The notes beneath the pieces were generated by a model. It did not search any database, had not been told where the DNA came from, and saw only the letters and a program-made list of their open reading frames with translations. Positions 47,848-60,600 of a stretch of DNA of 64,000 nt are shown here, piece by piece. Positions within the stretch are counted from its first letter, which is position 1, and each line of letters opens with the position of its first letter. The translations under genes and the position numbers were made by a program. This stretch comes from Nanobdellati archaeon (lineage in GTDB: Archaea > EX4484-52 > GLR71): the NCBI GenBank assembly GCA_019429005.1, contig JAHYJR010000005.1:32001-96000 (forward strand). Reading direction: 5' to 3'.

Positions 47848-50800
47848 TTATTGTTTAAAAGAATAATCCGTAGCTTGATTACTTTTTGTTTTGATTATTC
47901 TTTTGTTTAGGTACACTGCTAAGAATCCACCTGCTAACAATAAGATTAATGTGTATAATGCATTTAATCCTGTTGATGCTTTAGCACCTGTAACATAAAA
48001 CTGTCCGGTAGTTTCAGCGAGTGTTGTAAAATCTTCTTTGAATTTTATGTTTGCTATATACATTCCACTTGGTGCTGACAATGGTATAATAAATTTCTCT
48101 GAAAATTCTGTTTTCTCAAGTGGTTCAAGATCTTCGAGTTGTTGTATGTTCAAGTGTATAAGTTCAAGGTCTTGTGTATATATTTCACTTTCAATATATG
48201 GTTTTTCAATATTATCACCACCATTTATTATCAGTATTTCAAGATATCCTGGTGTTCCTGAATCATATTTACTATTTTTTGTATTTACAATGATTGTTGG
48301 ATATGATTGTTTGTATATTATACTTATAGTTCTTAATCCTTCAGCTTCAATTGCTGGTATAATTATAGTTGAACTACTTTCACCACCAGTATATTCTAAT
48401 TCGTTTCCAAATGCGTCTTTAACTTCAATTATTTTGTCGGCAGCTATGATTGTATTTAATTTAACATTTGTATATTCTTCTTTAGCTAAATTCTTCAAGA
48501 ATATATCTGTTTTGATTTTAACTTGTTTATCTTCAAGTTTATCTATAACTTCAGTATTTCTATCAATAGTGATTACAGGTGGTGTTGTTACACCAATTGT
48601 ATATAATCTAGATTCCATAGCGTATATAGTTGATTCCCATATAGCTTTTGTTCCATCTGTTGTTGTATCTACATCAAGAGATTCTTCAAGTTTTTCTCCT
48701 TTTACATTATAATAACTTGCATATACATTAAGTGTATCTTCAAATATTGATGTTGTAAATGTTGCTACTGTTGATCTTTGATTAGGGTTGTATACTTCAA
48801 AGTCTTTAATCCATAAAGCAGGAGTGCCTACAATTACAGATTTTGCAAGTTTAAAGTTCTCATTATCTATTATGTTTAATGGTTCTAGACTTTTTGGGGT
48901 GTATACATTTACTACACCCATGTCCATAGTCTGTATGCTTTTACCTACAATTGGATCGAAAGCCGCAATCTCTACTGGGAGTGTATATATACCACCTTCT
49001 GAAATATTCATTTTATATCCTACTTGTATATAATCATCAGTTATATCCCATCCAGACGTCACATTTTTCCGATATTCCCATACACTAACATTTAACCCAT
49101 CACTAAGTGTTGTGTATCCCATAAATGCTAAGTAATAATCCGTACCATTAACAAGTACTTGTGAACCATTTTGTACATTTACTTCATTGTTAATTATACT
49201 GAATGTGATATCTGCAGGGATGTAATCCATAAATCTGATATCATTAACTGTACCTGTGACACTTACATTGATTGTTGCATTCACTATTGTTGGTGTACTT
49301 GAATCTGAAATCCATAATTCTTTATAACCACTTAAGGAATTCTGGCTTGCTGTCATTTGTAATGTTTGCTGGTATTCAGTTAAAGGTGTACCTGATTGTG
49401 ATACAAGTGTGTTGTTTCCTACAAATGTAAATACTTCACCTTCTTGAGGTAATGGTTCTTGTGTTAATATGGCATATACTACTTGTATGTCTTCACCTGT
49501 TGTTAAATCATGTTCGACAATACCGCCTGCAACATAACTTACATTACTCATGTTTGTTATCTGTACTGTTATTGTACCATTGTTCCCATCACTAGATTGA
49601 ACAACAGTTACTTCTAAACTGCCAGTTTCTTGTTTTAGTTCATAAGTTGTATTTAGGTATATTTGTATTGAACTTGAATTTATCGTTAAATTCCTATAAT
49701 CTGATGCACCATCATAAGTCCAAGGTATTTGTGATATTATTGTTATGTTATCTGCATTAACTTGACTATCTGCATTACCTGTGTGTAATAATGTATCTGT
49801 AATAGATACAATCGTATCATTTATACCGGGTGGTAATATGTTTGTTGTTGCTTTTGTATTTACCATATCAATTTCATAAAGAGTTGGAAGTTGCATAGAT
49901 GTATTTATCGTAGCAAGGTAGGTATATGTGTTTGTATCGTTCCATACGACAAACCAATCAAAAGATCCTGCCATATATGGTTTTGAATCATCTGTTGGTC
50001 CGTCTACATAACTTGTATAACTTTGGTCGCCTGACGCAAATAATGAATTCCAGGTTTCACTTAAGTTATAAGGTGTTACGGGTTGACCTGTTGTTGGATT
50101 AACAGAATATATCTGTGCTGTTGTAACATTGTATGTTAAATTTGAGCCAGTTGAAGATTCTGCAGTGTTTTTGAAAAATGATCGAATTTTCCATGGTGTG
50201 GAACTAATAAGGTCAACACCTTCACGTACAGGACCTCTTGAAAATGTACCAGACACTTTAATCTGCGTCATAAGTTCTGTGTTATTGCTGTAAGTTGCAC
50301 GTGCACCTATATCTGTAGCTTCACCATTTAGGTTTATTGCGTTATCACCACCTGGATAGTTTATACCACTTATAATTGTTGCATTGAATGATATTGTTAT
50401 TGTTGTGTCTGCATCAATATCACCGTTCCATACTATACGGTCAATATGTGTATCTGTACCATCACTGTTTGATGGTGTTGAGACACCAGATGTTTCTGAA
50501 ATTGTGCTTTCTGTAATATTTAATGAATCATTTAAATTTAATGTATTTTTATTGAATTCCATTGTAAGTGTAACATCTGTAAGATTTGCACCAGTTACAG
50601 CTGCATCATTTCGTATTGTGTATACGAAATACATTATGTTTGAACTAGAATCAATATTGCCTTCTGAATAAAGATCATCACCACCTGCTGTATTTACTAC
50701 AGTCATAGTAAGGTTTAGAGAGGGAGCCCAATCATAATCTGGAGTGTAGCTTAAATCATCATCTGTGTCATCACCATCTGTGGATGTGTTTAAGAACATT

Positions 50801-51177
50801 GTTGTTTTATCGGTTAATGCTGGATAAGAAAGAGCGTAATTTTTGTATGCTGTATATGAGCCACTGTATGAATCACTATTAAGAGTCCAAAGTTCAACAT
50901 CAGCACGAGTGTTTGCTTCACTTGATAAGTTTACTCTAACGTATTGTAATACATCTTCTGTATTTGGAACATAAACATAAACAGTACCTGTACGTGTTGT
51001 TGCACTTAAAGACCCATAACCTCCAGCACCACCTGCGCCAGCATCACCTGCAGTATATATAGGATCAGTTCCAGAAACACTTTCAGTGATATACACTCGT
51101 GGCCCGTCTATACCTGAAACTGAGCCTATAATGAAATATAGACTAAGGAGAATAACTAATAATATTTTTTTATTCAT
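47848..51177 (-). CDS. Large secreted, C-terminally anchored multi-domain surface glycoprotein (1109 aa)
   Basis: Signal peptide, beta-rich domains including DUF11-like K...D-x-I-P modules, C-terminal TM with a basic tail; paralogue of 51349-54525. Confidence 0.85.
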   Translation of the reverse strand: MNKKILLVILLSLYFIIGSVSGIDGPRVYITESVSGTDPIYTAGDAGAGGAGGYGSLSATTRTGTVYVYVPNTEDVLQYVRVNLSSEANTRADVELWTLNSDSYSGSYTAYKNYALSYPALTDKTTMFLNTSTDGDDTDDDLSYTPDYDWAPSLNLTMTVVNTAGGDDLYSEGNIDSSSNIMYFVYTIRNDAAVTGANLTDVTLTMEFNKNTLNLNDSLNITESTISETSGVSTPSNSDGTDTHIDRIVWNGDIDADTTITISFNATIISGINYPGGDNAINLNGEATDIGARATYSNNTELMTQIKVSGTFSRGPVREGVDLISSTPWKIRSFFKNTAESSTGSNLTYNVTTAQIYSVNPTTGQPVTPYNLSETWNSLFASGDQSYTSYVDGPTDDSKPYMAGSFDWFVVWNDTNTYTYLATINTSMQLPTLYEIDMVNTKATTNILPPGINDTIVSITDTLLHTGNADSQVNADNITIISQIPWTYDGASDYRNLTINSSSIQIYLNTTYELKQETGSLEVTVVQSSDGNNGTITVQITNMSNVSYVAGGIVEHDLTTGEDIQVVYAILTQEPLPQEGEVFTFVGNNTLVSQSGTPLTEYQQTLQMTASQNSLSGYKELWISDSSTPTIVNATINVSVTGTVNDIRFMDYIPADITFSIINNEVNVQNGSQVLVNGTDYYLAFMGYTTLSDGLNVSVWEYRKNVTSGWDITDDYIQVGYKMNISEGGIYTLPVEIAAFDPIVGKSIQTMDMGVVNVYTPKSLEPLNIIDNENFKLAKSVIVGTPALWIKDFEVYNPNQRSTVATFTTSIFEDTLNVYASYYNVKGEKLEESLDVDTTTDGTKAIWESTIYAMESRLYTIGVTTPPVITIDRNTEVIDKLEDKQVKIKTDIFLKNLAKEEYTNVKLNTIIAADKIIEVKDAFGNELEYTGGESSSTIIIPAIEAEGLRTISIIYKQSYPTIIVNTKNSKYDSGTPGYLEILIINGGDNIEKPYIESEIYTQDLELIHLNIQQLEDLEPLEKTEFSEKFIIPLSAPSGMYIANIKFKEDFTTLAETTGQFYVTGAKASTGLNALYTLILLLAGGFLAVYLNKRIIKTKSNQATDYSFKQ

Positions 51178-51348
51178 ATTTAAGACCTGTATCGTTCAAT
51201 AATTATTTGTTTTTCGTTATTTATAAGTTTTGAATAATGACATTAAAGGGTACTTTTATTTGTATTTGATTTATGTTATTTTTATAAGGTATAAATTATT
51301 TATTTCATTTAGTTTATAATCATTTCGGTTATTTATATTTTAAACATT

Positions 51349-54300
51349 TTAATTATTTTTGAGATTATATGTCTTGATTATTATTCTTAATGTCACGAGC
51401 CCTGTAAGAATTATTAATATTCCAAATCCCATTTTATATGTATCTGCAATTGTTTTTTTTTCAACCGTAAATGTTTCATAATCAGAGCCTATAAGTTTTG
51501 TTTTAGAATATACTTTTGCAAATATTGTGTATGTTCCAGATAATATAGGTTTAAATAAAAGATTATCATATATGTTTATTTCCTTTTGACTTGTTATATT
51601 TTCAATTTTAATTATATCAGCATAAACTGTATTTAGTTTTTCACCATCTTTAAAACTCAATACTTCTACACTGATTGTAATAGTTTTTTCATCATCTTGA
51701 GGCACATATAATATCTTATAATCTAAATCAGTTTCGTAAGTGAGATTTTCTAAATTAATTTGAAATATTCCTGGAACATCATTATAGATAATATTTATTT
51801 GTTCTATCGAATTATTTTTTATATTAGGTATTGTTATAGTCATATCTTTATTGTTAGTTATGTATTCAAGTTGATTTCCATTTGAATCAACTATATTTAT
51901 AATGTTTAGAATTTGTGGATATACAAATTTAACATTATTATAATCAATAAGACTTGGATTCTTTAGGGATATTTCTGTAAGTAATTTCAGACTATTATCT
52001 ACGTTTTCAAGAACTGTTGTATTTTCTTTTATACGTATTACGGGTGCGGTTGTTATTGTTATTGTATATTTTTGTGTCTCAAATTCTTTTATGACTAATT
52101 TCCATTCAGCAGTTATTTCATCATATTTTTTGATTGAATATAATACTTCTTTACCCTCTTCAGTTATGTCTATATTTAAGAAATCCTGCAAAAGTTGAGT
52201 TTCAATCAAATCACTTATTGTGAATTTATTAGGGTTGTATATCTCAAGAGTTTTTGTCCATATAAGGGGTATTCCAACAATAATATTATCTACTTTAAAT
52301 TCACTCTCATTTATTTCAAGTGGTTTTAATTCGTCAATTTCTTCAATGATTCGTACAGGTATATTTATGTTTGTATGTTGTGTCTCATTTGTATAAGGAT
52401 TTTGCATAATTGCACGTATCATCAAATCATATGAACCAAATGGTAATGTTAAACCATAATCAACTTTTAGAAGATCATTATCTTTCAATATTGGTTCTGT
52501 TACATAATTAGGGTTAAGATTAATGTAATATAATGTTTTATTTAATGAGTTATCTTCAATTTTTTTAATTGTTGTCTTATCTATAGGTATCCATATACCT
52601 TGAGTTGAATCATATCTTGTGATTCGTATATCTGATTCATCAAACAGGATAACTTTTTGAGGGATGTCAAGAAGAACATTTATTTTATTTAAGCCTTTGT
52701 TCATAGCATTCAGATCTATAAGCCTATAGGTTCCAGTGATGTCAATTGTATTTGTATCTATAAATGAGACACCAACATCTTCTTTAACTAGTTCTATTAT
52801 AGTATCAAAATCTATTGCAGGACTTCCCGCAGCTGCACCACCGCCACCGCCGGCAGAACCACCTTCAACAGGGGCTGTTATTATAGCACCATACAATATT
52901 ACAGTTTCATTATCATAAAGAGTTAGGGGTGTGCCCGAAATAGTTTTTGTTGTTATATTACTATTAAATAAAAAGGTATTCTGACCTGAATTTGGGTTTG
53001 TTGAGATATTATATGTAAGCATTATATCTTCATTTAATTTAAGATTGGTTATTGAAAAATTGGATAGATTATCTATATTTAGATACACATAACCATTACT
53101 TGATGCTGTCGGCATTACAATTGTTATTATGTCTGTGGTAATATTAAGCAATGTCTTGTTTCCTGTTGAATTAATATGGTATACATAGATATCATTTTTA
53201 TCAAGTGACGTCCAGCTATGTACAAAACCCTCAACAGATTTATGCGGTATTGTCGAATTGATATAAATTGATGCAATCTCAAGATTTTCATGACCCATAT
53301 ATGTAGTCGTTTTAATGACCGAAACAATATTTTCTGTAAGTTTATGTGTGGATGATTTTGAAAGGCTTATGTCTGCTTCATAAAGTACTGGCATATCGAT
53401 AAAACTTCTTGTAATTCCATAATAATTTGGACTACCCCATAATATTTCCCAATCAAATGCAGCACTGAAATATTTTTCAGTACTTTTATTTGTCTGATAC
53501 CATCCTGTTTGAGTTAATTCTCCGGGGTTAAGAATGACTGCATCAGAACTTTCTAATAGTGGTGTTTCAATATCGGTTACATTATACAATCTCCAGCCAT
53601 TTACAATATAATCCAATCCATTCGCAATATTTTTTATAAATCCTCTAACAAGTGTATTTTCTATAAATATAATATCAATACCACTTTGTATTGGTCCTCT
53701 AGAAAAATGTTTTTGAACAGTTATATTTGTAAATGTAGGACCATAACTTATAGTCTCAACACAGGATGCACATACTAAATCAAGAACATATAAATTTTCA
53801 TCAAAATTGATGTTTGGTGTTATATTTGTATAGAATATGATACTTATTGGAACGTCTTCTTTCAGAGTACCCGTCCAATTTAATGTGTCATAAAAACTAT
53901 CATTATCATAATCGTATAAATTGAGATTACCTGTTATTGTGCTTTGATTATATATGTTTAAACTATCATTTGTACCATAATAATCAATCGGTATTTTTAA
54001 TGTTAAAGAGACATTTTCAAGAGTTTTTGTGGAGTTTAAAGATAGGTTGAATATGAAAATATTCGTATCATCAGGATATAAATCAGACCCTCCTTTCGTG
54101 TTAAAATAATTAATTTTTAATTGTATAATTGGTATAATACTAGAATTTGTTATTTTATATGTAATGTCTAGAGGATTATTATCTGTATTAAAAAATAATC
54201 TAGTCAAATCCCCTGTAGTTGGAGATGCTGCAACAGGTGCATATACAGTTTTTGAAAGTACGTTAGTATTACTAATCTCATTATCTGAAATATTTAGTAA

Positions 54301-54525
54301 TATGTATTGAAGGACATCTATAGTATTTGAGACTTCAACATCAATATAACCCTCGGCTGAAACATTATAAGCTACAGTTCCATTTGTATTATAATAATAA
54401 GTGACTTCTTCTTTAAGGTATGTTGCCGGATTATCTATTGCAGAAGCAGGGTATACACAAATAATTAGATAAATACATATTATAAGAAGTATATTGAATT
54501 TGTTTTTATTTCGCAAATATTCCAC
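51349..54525 (-). CDS. Large secreted, C-terminally anchored surface glycoprotein (1058 aa)
   Basis: Signal peptide; shares DVLQY, FSRGP, SGTPLT and W-x-K-x-x-E-x-YNPN with the 1109-aa protein; Gly/Ala linker; C-terminal TM. True start may be the TTG 9 nt downstream. Confidence 0.85.
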   Translation of the reverse strand: MEYLRNKNKFNILLIICIYLIICVYPASAIDNPATYLKEEVTYYYNTNGTVAYNVSAEGYIDVEVSNTIDVLQYILLNISDNEISNTNVLSKTVYAPVAASPTTGDLTRLFFNTDNNPLDITYKITNSSIIPIIQLKINYFNTKGGSDLYPDDTNIFIFNLSLNSTKTLENVSLTLKIPIDYYGTNDSLNIYNQSTITGNLNLYDYDNDSFYDTLNWTGTLKEDVPISIIFYTNITPNINFDENLYVLDLVCASCVETISYGPTFTNITVQKHFSRGPIQSGIDIIFIENTLVRGFIKNIANGLDYIVNGWRLYNVTDIETPLLESSDAVILNPGELTQTGWYQTNKSTEKYFSAAFDWEILWGSPNYYGITRSFIDMPVLYEADISLSKSSTHKLTENIVSVIKTTTYMGHENLEIASIYINSTIPHKSVEGFVHSWTSLDKNDIYVYHINSTGNKTLLNITTDIITIVMPTASSNGYVYLNIDNLSNFSITNLKLNEDIMLTYNISTNPNSGQNTFLFNSNITTKTISGTPLTLYDNETVILYGAIITAPVEGGSAGGGGGAAAGSPAIDFDTIIELVKEDVGVSFIDTNTIDITGTYRLIDLNAMNKGLNKINVLLDIPQKVILFDESDIRITRYDSTQGIWIPIDKTTIKKIEDNSLNKTLYYINLNPNYVTEPILKDNDLLKVDYGLTLPFGSYDLMIRAIMQNPYTNETQHTNINIPVRIIEEIDELKPLEINESEFKVDNIIVGIPLIWTKTLEIYNPNKFTISDLIETQLLQDFLNIDITEEGKEVLYSIKKYDEITAEWKLVIKEFETQKYTITITTAPVIRIKENTTVLENVDNSLKLLTEISLKNPSLIDYNNVKFVYPQILNIINIVDSNGNQLEYITNNKDMTITIPNIKNNSIEQINIIYNDVPGIFQINLENLTYETDLDYKILYVPQDDEKTITISVEVLSFKDGEKLNTVYADIIKIENITSQKEINIYDNLLFKPILSGTYTIFAKVYSKTKLIGSDYETFTVEKKTIADTYKMGFGILIILTGLVTLRIIIKTYNLKNN

Positions 54526-54648
54526 CTTATTATTATGTTTTTTAAATTATATGAATTCTCCTGTTTGTATATAAATTATATTTTCAATTTTATTTTATGT
54601 TTTTTTTATTTAGGTTTTTATTGGACTATTGTTTGTATTATTTATCGT

Positions 54649-57600
54649 CTAATTTATTTTATTATTATTATTTGGATTATTTGTTTTTTCATCATCTTTT
54701 TTGGATTTATAGCTTTGTTTCCATATTAAATAGATTATTGTGAGGAGGATAATAATATCTAAAATAAGAGATCTATCTATATCAAAAGAACCCGATTTAT
54801 CTTTAACTTCTTTAGCATCTTTAACCTCGAAAGTTCGCGTTGATATGGCTTCTCGTCCGGTATAAGTTACAAATGCTTCAAATGTATACATACCTTTTTC
54901 TGTGCTTTCTGGAAGGTAAAGGCTTAATGTTCTTTCTTTTTTATCTACAACAGCAATGGTGTCTGTTGATTCTGTAATCAGTTTACCACTCATAGTTTTT
55001 ATTGCATAATTTATAACAACATCAACTTTTGCTTTAGGACCACCCATATTTTCCATTGTTAATAGTGCCATAACAGGATTTCCAACTGTTACAGTTCTTG
55101 TGATAATGTCCACAATTATATCAAATAATGGTATATTAACATCTGTATACATCTCGGTTCTAATGTGTTGCTGATAACTTGGATCATAACCACCAATTAT
55201 TGTTGGAAGTAACCATGAACCACCACCCAATATTGTTGCATTATAAATGATAGTAATTGTATCATTATTATATAATAATCCATCCCAATTTGTATAATTA
55301 TATGTGAAATTATAATGGTAAATGTCAACAAGAACACCATCTGGTAATGTATCACTTCCAGGTGCACCTAGGTAATAATCCGAATCATTTAAGAATTGAT
55401 ACGTCTGATCTGTTGACGCATTATAATATGTGATATTCTTATTATTTATTGTTGCACTATTCGGCAAGAAATCTGCTATCAATATTTCACCCATTGGATT
55501 TAATCCGATTTCTTGTATTATTATTGTGACTGTTATATTCTGTGGATTTACAGGATTAATCCATATATATTTAGTACCTCGAAGCACAGCTTCAGACGCC
55601 ATAATTGTTTTAGTTATATAACTTTCATTAATATTTTCATTTATATCAATAACAGACGCATTTGTATACATTGTCCTGTTTTCACCAGGTGTTAGTTTAG
55701 CTGAAACCATCAAATATTTAAATTCAATAGAATCATTTTCATCTAAACCAGAACCGATATTTGTCAGAGACATATTTGTTATATTGACCTGTATCTGTGT
55801 ATTGTTTGTTCCAATAAGATCAATAATTTCAATGTTTAATCCTGTTGTGATTTCTGTAATTTCAGCTGTTGTGTAGTTCTTGAAATTAACAGTTATACTT
55901 GTTGAGTTATAGAAATCATAAGGTATTTCATCAGTGATGTTTATTGAATATACTTCATTTTGTGTACTGTTTATTTTGATTGTGGTTGTCACATTTATTG
56001 TCTCATTCTCGTCTGAGACGATGATGTCAGGTGATAATATTTTGGTTATCTGTGTTGAAATACTATTTTGAGTTTCATATGTAAAATATAATATTTCAGT
56101 TGAATTCATATTTCCAGAAGTGTCGTTCGCATATACCTGCCACCTTATTGTCGCACCTACTGTTGAATTGACCCACTTACTCACATTAGACCAGTTACCT
56201 GTTCCTGTCATGTTGACATAACTATCATTCACAAATGTTCCAGTTCCATTATCAAATGAAAATATGTATCCTGAAAGTGCACTATCTGACCAGTAAAGGC
56301 TGAACAGGACATCAATCCCTGCACTTGTTGAGTCTGTCTGGTTAAGTGAATATAATGGTGCGGTTACATCTTTGATTGTAATATTAACAGTTTCTGTAAC
56401 ATTATCTGTAATATAAGCACGGTATGTTGTCGCATTATAATCGACAAAAAATTCCCAAGTTGTATCTCCTAGACCTGTAGCATTCACAGTCCAATTATTG
56501 GTACATTCATCACCTGCACGCATATCAGATAAACAATTAGAATATAGTCCATCTTGTGGATTATCGGATGTTGTATAAAATGGTCTTGCACCAACAGTCA
56601 TAGAAATAACTTTTGTAGTTACATCAAAGGTCCATGAACTAAATGTGGTATTACCATCACCATCTCCTGCAAGGATACTGACATTCCATGTACCAATCAT
56701 ATCTATTACATAATACGATGAATTCCAATATGTAGTCCAGAGTGAACTGTTATAATACATTGTTCCATTTTCATTATTTATTACTTTTGTGCCTAAGGGA
56801 TTTATCAATGTGAAATTAACCCATTCAATACCGGGTCTATTATAATCACTGACAATTGTATTTATCGTGATATTATTCCCACCTATTGGCTGGTATGGAT
56901 ATGTCTGATTAGTTTCTATTACCGGTGGTGCATAAGCAAGGTCTGTAACTGTTCCATACCACCCCCATTGACTATTAATATATGTTGAATCTGGTAGTGT
57001 TATGACCTTAAAATAATTACTATCATTAGTTTTCCAACAAGAGACCCATTCAGTTTCTGCAAAATAATCTATATTACCATAAGTCCGTCCATCTGTTTTA
57101 TTGCAGATGATTGAATCATAATCTACAATACCAAGATTTACGGCTGTAGAGCCACCTGTTATATGATTTCGGATATTAGTTGCTGTACCACTTCCCCAAC
57201 CACCATAAGGTGCTGAACTATCTCCAAAGGTCATATCACCCAATAGTGAATCATGGTTTGCTGTTATTTTATTGTCAAGATCATAGAATGCTCCATTTAC
57301 AAATAATTCTGCATGCATTGTATCTCCAATCCTAATTGGATCTTCCCATAGAATTTTAATTTCATTATAATATCCTAATGAATTAAACGCAGTTATTGTT
57401 GCATTATATTCTATAGTTAATGCATCATGAACAATCCATGTCCCAATCCATTGTCCTTCATAAATAGTACCGTCTGTTAAATTTAATGTGATTGTTTCAA
57501 TCCCACCCATATCAATAGTCATTAATACAATTCCTTGTGAGTCTTTAGCACGAATATCAAAATGCATTGTATCATTATTGATTACACTTTTAGGCCATAA

Positions 57601-60600
57601 TTTAGTATCAATAAATACAGGTCCAATTGATTCTGTTTTATCTTCTTTTTGTTCAGGATCTAAAGTCGCATTAAATTGTCCGCATTCACCATCAAGACAA
57701 GTTATTTTACTTTCAAATGTAAAAAACTCATTTTGAGATACATTTGTCGGTATTGTAGGGGTTACTAATTCTACATTTATATGTCCCCATGGCACAAACC
57801 ACGAGGTTTGGTTAGACTTAGAAACTGTGTCATCATTTATACACGTTCCAGTTATATTCCATTGACCTGAATCCGTTATATTAATCCCAGAAGGTAATGT
57901 ATATATCCACCAATCTCCATCTGTAGATGTTGCATTATTTGCGTTTAAAAATGTGGTATCATCAATTATATTTTTTACAAGGTATGTTGCATTTGTGATA
58001 TATTGTCCACCGTCAGCAGTACAGTTCACTCTAATTTGAGTTATATTTTCATAATATGAATAATTACAAATACCCCATTCAGAACTGCTATTATAACATT
58101 CAACAGCCCCTATTATTGGTTCTGAACTGACAGATATTATTGTGCTATTTTCTCCAGTAATACTATCTTCATCTGTAATATTTGTTTTAATTATGTATGC
58201 CCCATTTGAAGTTGGTGCATTAAAGGTTATGTTGTAATATCCAATATAATTTGTTCTGGGACCATATTCAATTGCAAATGTAATATTATTTATTTCAGCA
58301 GTCTGCCATATATTATCTGTCGTAAAATTAATACGATATTGTAGGGTATTATCAATACCAAGACCACATCCCGACTCAAGAAGTGTATCATTATAAACTT
58401 CACACCAGCTAACATTATTTTCTGTTGATACAAAAACAGTAAAATTTGTTCCTGTTGGTATTGTTGCATACCACACAGGTTTCACAGTCAAAAGTGTTCC
58501 GGGTATATATACTAAATCCGAATCATAAGTACCATTTTCATTATATTGGATTGTATATTTTACAGTTATATTGGTTGGATAATAATCATCATTCAGTGCA
58601 TATGCACTATGTGTTATACGTGTCACTTTACTATTTTTTTCAGGATTTCCAGCATTATCTATAGTCTCTTCAAGAACATCATTCACATATATTGTCCACG
58701 TTGTACCATCAAATAATACATTGACTTTATATTCTGTATTATCACTGATAACAACGCCAGTATCAATAGAATATGCTGTATTTCTAACATCACTAAATGA
58801 GGGATTACAGATCCCATCATAAACATATAAATGATTATTGCCTTCATAACGATATATTGTAAATATACCCAGATTACAACCTTCAGTACCTACAAATGTT
58901 ACAATTCTTGAATGTCTGTCCAAGAATGATGATTTTGTCTGAAATAAGGAATAATTGAAATAAAAGGTATAATTTATAGTATCTGGAGGTGTTTCAAAAT
59001 CATGATAAAAACCATTATTTGGAACATTATATGTTGAGATACCCCAATCACTTTTTGCATATGCGGTAAAAATATTCTTATCTACATCCGGGCCGAATTC
59101 ACCGCTAACTAAGGTCTCTATGTATGGATACATCATATGACTGGTAGCTAATTGATCTGCCGTATTATTCATTGTCTGGTTTTGAACATATGTGCCAGAT
59201 ACCCAATACGTACTGTTTTTCCAATCATAAGATGCGGTGTTATTCATCAGACTATCATTCAAATATACATTAACTCTTTGATCTATAACAGCATTTGTTG
59301 AACCTTCATATAGTGCAAACCCTGAAACAAATACATCTTCATTAGCTGCATAAATGAGTTTATTCGGATTTAAACTGATTGTGATATTATCTGAATTGAA
59401 AAAGTGATGGTGTGTCGCTTCTGTATTGATGTTTCCAATTGTATCGTTACATTTATACCAAAAGTTATAAGCTATCTTATTTGAGATACTAGTATAATTA
59501 TATGCGTGTGTTATTGTTTCCTGTCCAATTTCAAAATCAGTTCCTGTACCATATTCAAAGTCACTTATTGTATCGTTCCATTGACAATTTGCATTTGTAT
59601 CTGTTGTGATGTTTAACCAGATCCATGTATTTTCAGTGTATATGTTTGAATCATTATTTGGGTATACGATAGTTATTATTGGTGGAAATATGTCTGTCAT
59701 TATATTTGGTTGTGGGAATATTCCAGAATGTATTGTAGGCATCCATAAATTAAGCGTACTATAATCGCCTTTTGTAAAAACAAGAAGATAATTTATTTCA
59801 TCTGTTGAACTTGCAGATGTTGGATTATATTCAAGGCGTAAGCCTTCATTATCATTTGTTGAATCGTTCCAAAATCCAACAGTACTTATCGTTATATTTT
59901 CGGATTCATTAAATCTGACTAAAGATATAAAGCTTGTATTTGTTGAATCTTCTGTTATTGAATTGTCAAATATCAATGAATAATTGCTGATAAGCATACT
60001 ATAATCAGTCCATTGGTCTGTTGGTAAATCGGTTATAAGTCCCGTAGAACCATTTTCAAGTGCATAATTATCATCAATAGCAGAAGAACCCAAAGTTCCA
60101 GTAATGATTGGGAATAGTGAATTTATATTTGTTATATTTTCATCAAAGTTATGTATCCTATAGTTAAGATAATCAGATGTACTATTAATAATTTTTACAG
60201 TGATATTAAATGTGGTTGTATAAACTGTAGTGATTTTTGAACGTATCATAAACTCATTACCCCCTGATTGAACTTCCCAACCTGAACCAAAATCAAAATA
60301 ACTGTTAGTAGGTGGTGAAGCAGCACCATCATCAAGGAAAAAGGGTCCACCTGTAACGGAATCTCCTGTATTTTCTGTAAGTTCAACACCTATCCAGAAA
60401 TTACCTGATGTTATTTCAATATTATATGAAGATAGGTCAATTGTCGCCCAATTAGAATAAAAAGAAGTAATTGTTGTATTGAATGGCTGTATCAAATTAT
60501 TTCCTGGCACGCCTTCATTATCTTCATAGATATGTATAATATATACTGTTGATCCAACTGTATTTATATCATAAAGTTGAATATTTGTACTCATAATTTT

